From NCBI GenBank assembly GCA_951406725.2, contig OX597823.1, positions 68,014,001 to 68,078,000 of the forward strand: DNA of 64,000 nucleotides, read 5' to 3'. The first letter of the stretch is position 1; each line of letters opens with the position of its first letter. Positions 24,905-38,714 of this stretch are shown here, one piece after another. The notes under the pieces are model-generated. The model saw only the letters and a list, made by a program, of their open reading frames with translations. It did not search any database and was not told the origin of the DNA. Both the position numbers and the translations under genes were made by a program. The stretch comes from Octopus vulgaris (Eukaryota).

Positions 24905-26800
24905 ATTGGAGAGGAGAAAGATAAACCCCTATTCTTGGATTTTGTTGACTTGGAGAAAGCCTTTGACAGGGTCCCTGATCCCTTATCTGGTGGGCGATGT
25001 GGAAACTGGGGTTTGATGAGTGGTTAATAAGAGTGGTACAGGCCCTGTACAGGGATGCTGTTAGTAAGGTAAGGGTCGGCAACGAGTATAGTGAAGAATT
25101 CCGGGTAGAAGTAGGGGTTCACCAAAGATCAACCCTCAGCCCCTTCTTATTCATCATAGTCCTCCAAGAAATAACAGAGGAATTAAAGACAGGTTGCCCC
25201 TCTATGCTGATGACCTTGCTCTCATAGCAGAATCACTATCAGAACTACAGAAGAAATTTCAGGTGTGGAAACAAGGTTTAGAATTGAAGGGCCTTAGACT
25301 CCTGGTCGCAAAAACCAAAGTCCTAATAAGTAGAAAGGTGAAGACCTCACAAACCCCTTCAGGTATATGGCCTTGCTTGATCTGTAGAAAAGGTGTAGGT
25401 AGAAATTCCATAAGATGTACCCAGTGTAAGCTATGGACGCATAAGAGGTGTGGCAACATCAAAGGAAGGTTAACTGGGGAGATAGCTTTTGTGTATGGCA
25501 GATGCACAGGAGCAATAAACACAGCAGATGCTCAGAAAACAGATTCCATCACATGCTAGTGGGAGAAACTAGAAGTAGTTGATAGCTTCCGCTACCTAGG
25601 TGACCAAGTTTGTATTGGGGGTGGCTGCTCAGAGAGCGTTGCCTCTAGAATAAGAATAACCTGTACAAAGTTCAGAAAGCTCCTACCTCTACTGGTGACA
25701 AAGGGCCTCTTACTCAGAGTGAAAGGTAGATTGTATGATGCATGTATGCGAACTGCCATGCTACATGGCTGTAAAATATGGGCTGTGACTGCTGAAGACA
25801 TGCATAGGCTTGAAAGAAATGAAGCTAGTATGATCTGCTGGATGAGTAATGTCAATGTGCACACATGACAAAGTGTAAGCACCCTGAGAGAAATGTTGGA
25901 CATAAGAAGTATCAGATGTGGTGTGCAAGAGAGACGACTGCACTGGTATGGTCATGTGCTACGTATGGATGAGAAGAGCTGTGTAAAGAAGTGTCACACC
26001 CTAACAGTGGAAGGAACCAGAGGAAGAGGTAGACCCAGGAAGACATAGGATGAGGTGAAGTATGACCTTTGAATGTTGGGCCTCACAGAGGCAATGATGG
26101 AAGACTGAGACCTCTAGATATGCTGTGATTGAGAAGACCCAGCAAGGAAAGTGAGATCACATCTGTAGACAACACTAGTGTTTCATAACAAGCCCATTTA
26201 AATGTACCTTTGAATCGTTGGGCGACATGTAAATCAAAATCAAATCAAATCACAATCAAATGGAAATTGTAGTTGTGGCCGATGCCAGTGCCACCTGACT
26301 GGCTCCCGTACTGGTGCATGCAATAAGCACTATTCACGCGTGGGTCATTTCCAGTGCCACCTGACTGGCTCCCCATGCCAGAGACACATAAAAGGCACCA
26401 TCCCAATGTGGTTGATGCCAACCCTCCAGCCCTGACTGGCTCCTGTGCGCATGGCATGTACAAAGCACCATCCGAATGTGGATGATTCCAGTGTCGCCTG
26501 ACTGGCTCCCCATGCCAGTGGCACATAAAAAGCACCATCCCAACATGGTTGATGACAACCCTCCAGCTCCGACTGGCTCCTGTGCCCGTGGCATGTACAA
26601 AGCACCATCTGAATGTGGATGATGCCAGTGCCGCCTGACTGGCTCCTGTGCCAGTGGTACATAAAAAGCATCTACTACACTCTCAGAGTGGTTGGCATTA
26701 TGAAGGGCTGGAGCCTGGTGCAGCTTCCTGGCTTGCCAGTCCCCAGTCAAACCCATGCCAACATGGAAAACGGATGTTAAACAATGATGATGATGATAAA
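24905..26800 (+). mobile_element. 5'-truncated RTE-clade LINE: RT, PHD-like zinc finger, C-terminus and repeat-bearing 3' region
   Basis: Encodes FVDLEKAFDRVP, GVHQRSTLSPFLF, LYADDLALIA, CLICRKGVGRNSIRCTQCKLWTHKRC, FRYLGD, RRLHWYGHVLRM and RGRGRPRKT, with frameshifts; ends in a (gat)n tail. Confidence 0.93.
26275..26680 (+). repeat. Tandem array of about six 67-70 bp hairpin-forming units
   Basis: Unit consensus is approximately atgccagtgccgcctgactggctcctgtgcc.gtggcacgtaaaaagcaccatccgaatgtgg; units 2/4 and 3/5 are most alike. Confidence 0.9.
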
Positions 26801-27774
26801 ACTGGTCCATGATACAATAAAGGTTGTGGTTTGCATCTGTAAAGGGTTATGACAATTTCCTTCCCTTCTGACATAAATATTAAAAAAAAAACAGCCAAAA
26901 GTTGTATAGATATCAAATTTATAAATATCACAAAAACAATTTTTGTGATGCTTTTGCAGCTTTTTTAATAAAGTATATATACGTGTGTGTGTGTTTGTGT
27001 GTGTGTGTTTGTATGGGTAGATAAATATATGATATAATTTTTAAAGATGAGATTAATAGTCTGAAAAATTATAATCCTATTAAGAATAATTCATCTAAGA
27101 CATTTAGACATTTAATTAGCTTAATATATGTTATCATTAAGAGACATTTAACATAAATAGTACACAGATAAGTATGTTTCATTTACTCTAGACATATCTT
27201 GTACTATAGCTTTATTATTATAGTCAATATGAAGTTAATTTGCATACAGAACTCCAGTATGATGCACCATAAAATTACAAGACTTGTAATCTGTCAATAT
27301 GTCATTCTCTTCCTGTGTTAAAAGAAAAGATTTATAATTTTATTTAGTCGGATGAAGTGAGCCATTATTTCATGTCAGCTTAACATATATGTTTACTAAC
27401 TGAGTACTGAACCAACAAGTTAACTTCTATACAGTAACCCAATTTGCTAGAAATAATAGCCAAATACTTCTAACATAAATAAAATGGATATGGGGAAACA
27501 TAGATAGATATGTTATTAAGAGTTTGCTCTGAAATATGTGAATCCAGGTTTGTTCCTGCTGTATGGTACTTTTGAAAAGTATCTTTTATCATAGCTTTGA
27601 GTTGAGCAATGCATTATGAGTGGAAACTGGTAGAAGGGAATTGTGTAGAAGCCCGTCATGCATGTATCTAACTATGAATGTATTTACATGTGTATCTAAC
27701 TATACATAGTTAGATACATGTGTATTTAACTATGAATGTATTTACATATATATGCATGCAAAAGTATGTGTATA

Positions 27775-28158
27775 TCTTTTATCTTTTGTTTCAGTTATGG
27801 GGCTTTAGCCATGTGGAGGTACCGCTCAGGAGGGTTTTAGTTGAACAAATCAACCACAGTACTTATTTTTTAAAGACTGGTATGTATTCTATTATTCTCT
27901 TTTGTCAAACTATTAAGTGTTAAACAAACTAATACCAGCTGCCAAGCAATGGGAGTTGGATAAACACACACACACACACACACACACACAGAAGATAGGC
28001 TTCCAAACAGTTTCTGTCTACTAAATTCACTCACAACGTATTGCCAGCCAGTCAGCCAGCAGCTATAGTTGAAAGCACTTACCCAAGGTTCTGTGCAGCT
28101 GGACTGAACCTAAAACTATGTGGTCGCAAAGTAAGCCCCTTAACCATACAGCCATTCC
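27775..28158 (-). mobile_element. SINE family B
   Basis: Reverse complement of the family B tail, (AC)n and head (cttaaccatacagccattcct). Confidence 0.75.
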
Positions 28159-28559
28159 TCTGTGTGTGTGTGTATGTGTGTATGTGTGCATGAACATACA
28201 TACACCCACACATATACATATATATATATGTATATATATATATATATCTTTATATATATATATATATGAAGATTACTATTGCAGCAATAAATTATACTTT
28301 CCGTTTTAGGCATAAAACCAGCAATTTTTGAGGGGAAGGGTATAGTTGATTAAACTGATACCAGTATTAAATTGGTACTTTATTTTATTAGCGTCTCAAA
28401 TGATGATAGCAAGATGGTGTCATTTGAACTCAGGATATAAAGGGGTTAAAAAAATATGTGATATTTTGTCCGGTGCTCTAACAATCTTGTTAGTAGCAAT
28501 AAATTATAAACCTCAATATGTGAAGTATCCTTACATGAATTCTAACTGAGTGGCTCAAA

Positions 28560-31430
28560 AATGCCAGCATTTTGAGTTTTGCATCACTGCTCTTTCAGCT
28601 GATAACTTAATCCTGTTGCCACTTAAATCATTGGACCTTTGTATATATTTTCATATATTATATGAAAGCATGCCAGCAAATCACTTATTTGTATATGCTT
28701 AAAAAGTCCTGTGAGCTCTTTCAAGAACAGGTTTTCAATCTTCTTTCTTGCAATTGCGGTTATACAATATCATCTAAAGACCTTCACAGCTTTTATTTAT
28801 CGTTACATGTAGAATTGTTACTTTGAAGTAAATGTTTTACTGCTATATTAAATTGTAAAGCAAGGAGGCTTGTTATTATACAAAAAAAACATTTCCTTTC
28901 ATATATACAAGATGCCAACAATCATCTTTTGCTCAAACCATTTCGATTTTGGAACAAAATTTTTATTTTCTCGTTCAAAGGTCACACCACATTTCTGATC
29001 TCAAGCTATTATTTCCGTAAGCTTGCACTATAACCATAACGAATCAAGTAATTTTGATTTCATAGGGACTTGTCTCATAAAAACCATAGCAATTTTGACA
29101 AAGTTGTTGCTCTTCTTTGTTAGGATTGACAAACAAATGTTTATGCTTACAAATTTGAGTTTTAAATGTCAGTATATACTTTGTCAATATATATGCCAAT
29201 ATATGCTTTGGTTCCTTGCTGCTATTGATTTCAACACTAACACTATATACTACTAACTTTGTCAAGCGATTACTATAGAGTGGCCAATTTTCATGATTTC
29301 AGTGGTTGCATGATTCATACTGATTAGACACTTGTCCATTTTTTTCCATTCAACCATGCCACATCATATGTTCTGGTATAGCAACCTAAAATCTTACAAA
29401 ATAAATAGCTAACCTTAACACAGTCTCTGTCTAATATCTTACAATATTTGTATCCCAGCAGAAAATAGTAATCTACTAAATTAATGAATTCACTAATTAT
29501 ATAAGTTCTCATTGCTAGATTAAACACTGTGATTTATCATAATTTTTTTTCTTTTCTTGGGAAAATCCACTAATTCTGAATATTTCATTTATAATGTCCA
29601 GCTTCCCACTTAAAGACATTTTCACTAGAAGATATTGAGGGTATCTATTCACTAACAGTGGGACTAAGTACCTTTAAATGCTCAGCTGGTAATTTGCCTA
29701 CATATGTATACAAATTTCTGATTCAGTTTGTGGTGCTGTCTAAACTAGTTGTCTGATCACAAGGCTGCATCAAGAAAATTAAGACAATAAGATTATATCT
29801 ACAGTAATGCCAAGTTCTATTCCCTGAAATAATTTAATCATATTTTCCTTAAATCTAATCACTGGTATACTTTTAAATAGAAATAGACAGATATAAACTA
29901 CAATCCATTTCCAGTTTCACTGGGCACTATCATATGCTCATATAGATACACTGAATATTTTGCCTCCATTTTTCATAACCCATGTTTCTGTAATTTTCTG
30001 GCATGTGTAAACATATTATGTCTAACTTACAAATATCAGTTGTTGCTTTTGCAAAATCAAGGGCCTTCATTAACAAACGTTTGGCTATTTAACTGTTAAA
30101 GTCTTGCTACATTGAGCTGTATGAATTTATAATTTTCCTTCTATTCTATCACTTCCAATGTAGTGTATTATAACTTTAAGGAAGAAACTACTTTTACACT
30201 GAAAATTATTTCTCCTAATATACTCTTGCTAACTATGTTTAACTCTGACTTGGTTGGGTTAATAATATAAAAGGGTTAACATTCAAAACTTAATTTGTGG
30301 TTTTTGCATGTTTTAAAAGGAACTGAGATGTCAGACATTCTTTGTTATCATCTGCCTCTAGCTTTGCTGCTAACACTTTGATTTCTTGATTAATAAATTT
30401 TAAGCCTTGCTTTTTATCTTATAAATGCTTGTTATATTATTCAATAAAGGTCATTTTATATGTTAATATCTATACTATACATTTTATGTATTAATATCTA
30501 TTCTATACAGTAGTGTAGCCAGCAGGTTCTAAAGTTGGAGGGAAGCAAGTACATAAAAAAAAGGTGCCATGGCACATACCAGAAACTCATTTCTCATATG
30601 CTATGTGAAATATCTTATTAGTTATAATATACATAATTATATTCTACATTCATTAATTTCATGTTTCAGTAATAATATTATTATGTATGAGACTTACAAC
30701 TACCGATATAGGTGAAACCCCACAGGATACTGAAAAAGATGAAACCCCCACAGGATTGTCCAGTGTTGAGAGATTATGATATCATGGTTTGTTTTGGTTC
30801 TTCAGATGTCAGCAACCACCAGTGCATTACAGGTGATTGAGCAGATTGTTCAAAAACAGGGACATTGGTTAAATAAAGTAATGACTCTAGAAAGTTCTTC
30901 CAAGGTCATGCCATTAACAAAAAACAAAAGCAGAAAGGGATTCAACTTTTATCACACAGTAAACTAAATATTTATAAACAATTGTTGAAAAGGCACCAAT
31001 TTTGAAGAAATGTGCTCAAGGAGGCAGGGCTGGGGGGCTGTCCTTGCTACCCTATTAGCTGTGCCACTGTTACTATACAGGTTCTTGTGTTATTAGACAA
31101 AACAAGTAATTTATTTTATTAACATAGATACATCATTTGTCCACTCAACTATTTTGAAAGTTGTTGTGTACTTTATAGAATATGTTTCTTTTTAGGATGC
31201 TTGAAAGGTCCTCTTCAAACTTTGCTGTGTTTTTAATACACAATGAATTTTTGTATGTTCTGAAGCCAAATTTATTTTTTCTAATAGTTTCGAAACTCTC
31301 CGTTATCAGAACCAAACATGCAACCTTGATCGTCTTGTAACATCTTCCAATTTTTTTCTTTTATAATATACTATTCATATATTTCTTTGACAAAACTGTG
31401 ATGATTTTTAGCTAAAACAATCACACTTGG
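28560..31430 (-). mobile_element. Long, heavily decayed Penelope-like retroelement (RT plus GIY-YIG region)
   Basis: Colinear minus-strand peptide remnants FGFRTYKN..KFEEDL, INQEIKVLAAKLEADD, KENYKFIQLNVA and EFINLVDYYF..KYCKILDRDCVKVSY (resembling EFLxLIDKHF..HKIFNRNTVKVSY). Decayed hammerhead at 28565-28601. Confidence 0.7.
30508..31069 (+). mobile_element. hAT-type non-autonomous DNA transposon nested in the Penelope-like element
   Basis: Imperfect TIRs cagtagtgtagccagcagg / reverse complement cagtggcacagctaatagg. 8-bp flanks attctata / ttactata. VLVLQMSATTSA..WLNKVMTL resembles the hATC dimerisation domain. Confidence 0.55.
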
Positions 31431-31502
31431 TTTACATATTTGTTTTTTTGTTTTTGTTTTTCCAGTTTCAGCTCTTGAGCTGTTGCCATGCTGGGGCACC
31501 GC

Positions 31503-31667
31503 CATTGTGGTGAAAGAGTACAGCAGGGATCACCACCCCCTGCCGGAGCCTCGTAGAGCTTTTAGGTGTTTTCACTCAATAAACACACACAACGCCCGGT
31601 CTGAGAATCGAAACCGCGATCCTGCGACCGCGAGTCCGCTGCCCTAACCACTAGGCCATTGCGCCTG
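31503..31667 (-). mobile_element. SINE family D (tRNA-Arg-like head), 3'-truncated
   Basis: Very similar to 5605-5760. Confidence 0.85.
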
Positions 31668-31819
31668 TATCTTTTGCCAATCTATATTCACACAGGATAT
31701 ATAAAAGGACAGTACTTTATGAGAGATAACTTTTTCATTGAGTTAGCTGCTCCCTTTTCACTTTTGCCATCAGAAATGCTGTGAAACAGAAATTAACCTA
31801 TTAGAAATCTGTAACTAAC

Positions 31820-32230
31820 ACAGGAGCGGCAAGAAATCTGTGATTTCCACAGGAGTGGCAAGAAGTCTGCTTTCCAACTACATGTTCAGTCCCACTGCAT
31901 GGCACCTTGGCCAAGTGTCTTCTACTATAGCCCTAGGCCAACCAAAGCCTTGTGAGTGAATTTGGTAGACGAAATTGAAAGAATCTCATCGTACATGTGT
32001 GCATATGTGTGTGTGTAGGTGCGTCATTGTGTTTGTCCTCACCACTACATGACAGGTGGTGTTGATTTGTTTACATCCCAATAGGTTCAGAGTTTGGCAA
32101 AAAGAGACCGATAGAACAAATACCAGACTTTAAAAAAAATGTACTAGTGTCAATTTGTTTGACTAAACCCTTCAGGGCAGTGCCCCAGCATTGCAGAGAT
32201 CCTAATGACTGAAACATGTAAAAGATACAA
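31820..32230 (+). mobile_element. SINE family B with duplicated head
   Basis: CORE-like gttcagtcccactgcatggcaccttggccaagtgtcttctactatagcc; tail aatgactgaaacatgtaaaaga. Confidence 0.85.
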
Positions 32231-32736
32231 GATAATAAAGTTATAACTTACAAATTATGATACGAAATAAATAATGTAGTTGTTGACAAAGTACGTCTGG
32301 AAATAAAAAGAGGGGTGATCACTGCAAGAATGCACTGATCATAGGTCAAGATTGATGTGTGGATAAATAGTAACGACTGGTTAATTATCCAGAAAAACAA
32401 CATATTTGCACATTTGTTAAGTGATCACCTGGGTGTCCAATCTGCTTAATGAGTTAATATTTAGCTCTGACCCTGTCATTGTTATTATTGATTAGAAAAG
32501 TAAAGCCAGGCAGTTGGTGAAGTAAACTTCACCATTACTAATATTTGTAACTTTATCATTTGATATTTGTAAACTTCATCATTACTAATGATTTCAATGA
32601 TGTTTATCTAGAATTGGTGATACATTATTATCATTTAGTGGTTATTCAACTTTGAGTGAATAAACACCTCTGATTAAAAGCATTTAGCTGCAATCATTCT
32701 TTCTTTTTAGGGGGAAATCTTGATATCGACTATTTA

Positions 32737-32868
32737 AGGGCATCCAGCCGTAGAAACATTGCCAGATCAGACTGGGCCTGGTGCAGCCTTCTGGCTTCCC
32801 AGATCCCAGTTGAACCGTCCAACCCATGCTAGCATGGAAAGCGGATGCTAAACGATGATGATGATGAT
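32737..32868 (+). mobile_element. Family C (RTE-associated) 3' tail
   Basis: aggggcatccagccgtagaaacattgccagatcagactgg...catgctagcatggaaagcggatgctaaac(gat)n. Confidence 0.85.
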
Positions 32869-33705
32869 TCCTGAATTAAGACAGTGGAGTGTGATTTAAG
32901 GCAAATTTGGTTGTTATTTCTAGCAAGGGGAGTAACACTACAAAGATTCTATAAATGGCACATATTAATTACTTAGTGGTTTTGTATTTTAGCAGAAAGA
33001 ATAAACTAATCTTGGTATATGAAAGGTTGTAAAATTTATGAAAATATCACAAAAGAAGAACTTTGAAAAACTTAAATGATTTAAGAAAAGATTATTTAAT
33101 TGATTTGAGTAATTAACTACTGTTGACAAGAAAAAAATATTTCATATTGTTATCATACTTTATAGAAGATTAAAATTTTTTTTAGAATTTATTTTTTATC
33201 AAAGTTATTCAATTCCATTACTGACAAGTTAACAATTTAAAATTTGTGAAGACAATGAAAACAAAAATTATTCATTTGCCACCATATTTGATTGTAAATA
33301 TATTTATATGTTGTGACAGTTTTCCAATTATGAATATGATTAAAATGGAAAGTATTTGCATTTTCAAATAGTTAAATATCTTAGAATAAGATAAATATTA
33401 ATGAAAATATAGCAATGGTAATGACAACGGTGAAACATTTGTAGTTACTGCTCTGTTTGCTAATCTAACAGAGGTTTCGGATTACTATTCTCCAATGCAA
33501 AGGAATTAAGAGCATTTGTAATTTTGAGTTATGTGCACTGTTTTGCAGGTAATTAATGCAGGCTGATCAATGTGGTACTCGAACTATTTTTTGAATGGTC
33601 TTTCTATTAAAGCATGAGTACACTAGTGCTAGATTAACCATTAAACATTGAAGTATTGATGTACATTTTCTTAATTGGGTTGAAGGAAAATCTTCAGAAA
33701 ATCTA

Positions 33706-34578
33706 CAAGGTGGTATCAAAAAGTTCTTGGACTAGTTCTGTAGCACACCAAAAGATGGCAGCACATGATTGTGTGTGCAGTGCAAACTAGCAGTGATCTT
33801 CAAGAGGCAGTGTGCCAAGTGACATTGCTGTGTTTACTTTGCAAGTTGTGAAATTTGTGTTTTTGTGTTCACGTGTATGCTGTAGTCTGTGATTTTGTCA
33901 TAGACAAGAACAAAGAGCCAACAAGAAATTTTGCTTTAAACTTCAAAAGACATTGAGCATGCTTCAGCAAGCTTATGACGATGGGGCAATGAGTTGTATG
34001 CAATGTTGAGAGTGACATAGGTGCTTCAAAAGCAGAAGAACGTCCCTGGAAGATGATGAGCAATCTGGAAGATCTTCCACAAGTTTTACTCTCAGAAATG
34101 TGGTATTGTGCATCAAGAATTTGTGTCCCAGGGCCAGACCATCAGTCGAGAGTTCTACTGTGATGCTTTGAAGTGTTTGAGGGAGGACATTTGGTGAAAG
34201 CAACCAGGTCTGTGGAGCATGAAGAATTGGATTCTTCACTGAGCTCTCCTCACTTATGAGTCTCACCAAGAATAACCTGGTAATGCTTCCAAACCCACTC
34301 TATTCACCAGATATAGCACCTGCCATCTTCCATCTCTTCCCCAAGATGAAAATGCAGGCTCAAAGGTCGCTATTTTAACACTGTTGTCATGATCCAAAGC
34401 TAATAACAGAGGGTTCTCAACTTATTTATGGAAAATAACTGCCAGGCCGAATTCCAAAAGTGGGACTGGTGTATTGCTGTGCAAGGTAACTATTTTGAAG
34501 GAGATGATGTTAAAACTTAGGAAATAAGTTATTTTTTATTAAACATAACTAGTCCAGAAACCTTTTTATACCACCTTG
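33706..34578 (+). mobile_element. Internally deleted mariner transposon
   Basis: TA-flanked TIRs caaggtggtatcaaaaagttcttggactagtt / aactagtccagaaacctttttataccaccttg. Motifs FKSRRTSLEDDEQSGRS, GIVHQEFVSQGQTI and LYSPDIAP. Confidence 0.9.
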
Positions 34579-37169
34579 TATATGGTGAAGTTACAATGTT
34601 TTAAGTATATTTTCATGAGACTGTTGTTCCTTGCCACTAGAAATATATCAATGAAAATCTTTGGAAATCAGAAAAAAAATCTCCCAACTTTATATTGACT
34701 TAACTAAATTTCACAAATGTAATTTTCTGGTTTCTGTATTTTGTTTTCTTTTTTTTTTTCAAAAATTAGTTTGAATTAACAATGAACTGTTTAGAACTTT
34801 TTCAACTTCACTCACATAAATTTGCAATATAAATATATATTTATTGAAGGTTCTATAACTAAAGGAACACTGTTTGAAATCATGGCATTTCAACAATTTA
34901 TAATAATTTTTACTATAGACAGTGTATTATAGCTTCTGATTCAAAGACAAGTAAGATAAAAATAAATATTTTCTTCAAAATTAAACATACCATGTTTTAT
35001 TAAAATCTGTATTTTGAAAATTATTTTCAGACTGGTAGAGAACCAAAAACTTCTTGTCAATGTAATTAACTGAATCAACACAGAGCATAACAAACATTTA
35101 TTGACCCAAGAGAAATGTAAAATAGCTGACTCTAGTTGTATGTGAAATCAAAATGTAAAGTAAAGCAACTAAATATTCCAAGATATTTAATTTGGTGTGT
35201 TACAATTTCTGATCTTCCTCTCTCTCGTTTGCAATGGAAGATTGCTTCTAATCTTTAGTGGTTTACTTTTCTAAATGAAGTAGCAGGAATTTATAAGATA
35301 AACAAAAAATAAACAAACAAAAAATATTTCTCCTCCAAACAATACATAAATCTTAATATATAAACAGCATCAGATATGAATCATGTTTATATTTTGACAG
35401 CAAAATTTGTTTCAGAAAATTCCATTGCATTTAGCTTAGATATGGTATAAATAAACCACAAGAAACATTCTAATAAAGCTTTTATTTTATAATTAGCGAT
35501 GTCAGAAAGTCAATTGCATGTCAGAATAGAATTCAGCAAATTGCTAATAAGCTTTAATAGAAATGTGATTAATGAAGTAATGAAAAATAAATAAATAAAT
35601 GAAAAAAACCCAACTTATTTGCATTTGTCTTAATCAAAAATGGTGGAAATTTATTTTAGTTACCCTGACATAACAGAATCTTAATGGTCTTAGTTATTTT
35701 GATTCAAAATTAATCCAAATGCCATCTTTACAAATATTTAAATTCAATGATTTTTTTCCAATCAAGCCACATCAGGGACTTTTGCATAAATAATATGGGG
35801 TAAAAGAAAAAAAGCTGTTGTATGGCTTTAATTCATCCTATCAAAATGAAAGCTGATATGGTTTCATGGAAGACATTTTTTGTTGATTTTTCTATCTTTA
35901 TTATAATTTTCATCTTTATTTTGAGACATGGTAACAGGTTTCATAAATAAGATTATATAAAGTGGCAGAATTTGTTCTTTTTTGGCATCAAAATATTTTG
36001 TTAAACAACATTTTTTTCTTTTACATTGTTTTCCAGAAATATTCGGGGAATGATATATTTTTGTAAAATAACATACTTGCTATAATGTAGAACCAAGATA
36101 TTTTAAAGATATATTTTATGGTTTTGCTATACAATGAAATCTCACATCCTCATGAAATAACAAATATTTATGGAAGTTTAAAATAATCTCAATCAACTCA
36201 ACTTATGAATGTGTGCAAAATATTGTTATCATTATCAAAATAAAAATTTCAATTCTTAATACTCTAAAAGTTCAGGTGTCTTGTTTTTACATTAAATTTT
36301 ATGGGAAGGACAATATCATATAATATATACAATATTGTGTATTTTTAAGGTAACCTATAAAATATAAAATATTTTGAAATAAAGTGTTCTTATTGCCAAC
36401 TGATGTAATTTCTCCATATTCTCTTTTCACATTATTTATATCTGCTGATATGGGTTTCAAAAATTAAATATAATCTAAAAAAAGGAAAAGCAATAAAGCC
36501 AGCTTTAGAAAATAATAAGTATCTTTAAAAAAATTGATAAAATATTAAAACATTAAATATACTTTCATCACTAGAACTAAATTCTTTCTGTGGTAATAGT
36601 ATTTTATGGGATTATAAAAGAACAAAAAAATTTTAACATATGGTTTCTTCATACTTGCAATTCTTATATAAGTCATACTTGTCAAAATTTTACAGAGATG
36701 TCATAATAAAATGTGTACCAAAATGCCAACTAGTTTTATTGATTTTAATGTTTAAGGCCAGCCATAATTCATAAGATTGGGATGGGAAAAGTGAACTAGT
36801 CTAAAGAAAGTATTGTAAAAGCTAATTAATATACAATTATAGGAAAGAATATTGATGCAAGAATTCTAATAATCAAGGCAGAAATTTAAAAAAACAACAA
36901 CAAATAGATGAAAAAAAGCAACCAATTATAATTAAAATTATATGGAAGGTAACACAGCTTGATTATCAAAATGTTCAATAAGTGAAAGCATATTTCATTT
37001 TTATAAAGTATTAATATGTTTTAAACTTATTTAGTTTTTCTGTAAAATAAAGAAGCTAATTAGCTCTTGAAATTACTCACAGAAACTTTATCCTATGGCT
37101 AGTCAAAATATATTCTTATGTATCCCGACACATGCATACACAGACGTTCACATATGTATCTCTCTCTTT

Positions 37170-37170
37170 C

Positions 37171-37206
<36 letters not shown>

Positions 37207-37207
37207 T

Positions 37208-37259
<52 letters not shown>

Positions 37260-37582
37260 GCATACATATATATATATATGCATATATACATACATATATA
37301 TACATATATACATATATATATGCATATATACATATTATATGCATATATACATACATATATATATATGCATATATACATATATATATGCATATATACATAT
37401 TATATGCATATATACATACATATATATATATGCATATATACATATATATATGCATATATACATACATATATATATATATATGCATATATACATACATATA
37501 TATATATATATGCATATATACATATATATATGCATATATACATATATATATATATGCATATATACATATATATATGCATATA

Positions 37583-37629
<47 letters not shown>

Positions 37630-37854
37630 GCATATATACATACATATATATGCATATATACATACATATATGTGCATATATACATATATATGCATATATA
37701 CATATATATATATATATGTATATATACATACATATTTATATATGCATATATATATATATATATATTATATGTATATATACATACATATTTATATATGCAT
37801 ATATATATATATGCATGCATATATACATATATATATATATATACATATATATAC

Positions 37855-37912
<58 letters not shown>
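37170..37912. repeat. ~740 bp complex (AT)n microsatellite with ATGC/ATAC interruptions
   Basis: Seen directly; source of the spurious YI-rich ORFs. Confidence 0.95.
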
Positions 37913-37915
<3 letters not shown>

Positions 37916-38714
37916 TAGACAGTTAATGGTATGTTTCTGATGTCATTGTTAATAAATAAAATGCACTGAAGGGTTCACAGATTCTCTTTGGTTTCAAATA
38001 TTTATTGATGAAGTAAAATCCTTACAGAAAGTTGTCCAAACCCAACACCTGGAGAAATCCTATGCATGAAAGTGGTGGATGTGGAAAAGACACCAAAATA
38101 CAAGAGAAAAAAACAATACACACTATAGATATTAATATAAATATTAGGAAAAAAAAAGCAATATTTATTGTTTCACTAAGAATGATTGTTGGATGGTAAT
38201 GCTCAGGGAACTGAAATGTTAGAGGAATGAAGAAAACAAACGTGAATACTTAGGGATTACATTGAGAGCACATAAAAGAAAAATTAAAATAATGCAGTGT
38301 CATGTGAAATTTGCCTTGTTCAACCCATCATTCCCAAAAACAAAATGTTTAAAAAGAAAATATGCCAACTTCATCCAGATTCATTTCATGCTTGTTGAGA
38401 AGGAAAAAATTAATTTTTTTATTAATCATATTTTTGAGAAGGAAGAAATAATTTTTTTTTACTAATCATTTACATATTTTAATAAAAATTGAAAACAAAT
38501 GACAAGATTAATCTGTTATTGAAACAGCTATTCTATAAATCCACGCAAATGTTTAACCCAGTCTATTCAGAAGTAATGCTATTTAGCATAAAAGTTGTAT
38601 GTATGTAATTAATTAACTGCTCACATTTTAATGTAAATGATATGTGGTTTGAGTTTCATCAGGAGACTTGTTTAATATTTCTGTTTTAAATTGGTCATTA
38701 TAATGTCAAATATT

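Noticed and set aside
26275-26680. CRISPR-like repeat/spacer appearance (also 60539-60673)
   Set aside because: The context is eukaryotic, the 'spacers' are homologous to each other, there are no cas genes, and the arrays are parts of interspersed elements.
37095-37940. Long YI/HI-rich ORFs (up to 281 aa), and similar ORFs at 1151-1424, 14869-15340, 16044-16655, 17130-17462, 21357-22064 and 42851-43200
   Set aside because: They are translations of microsatellites open in several frames on both strands, with no domain content.
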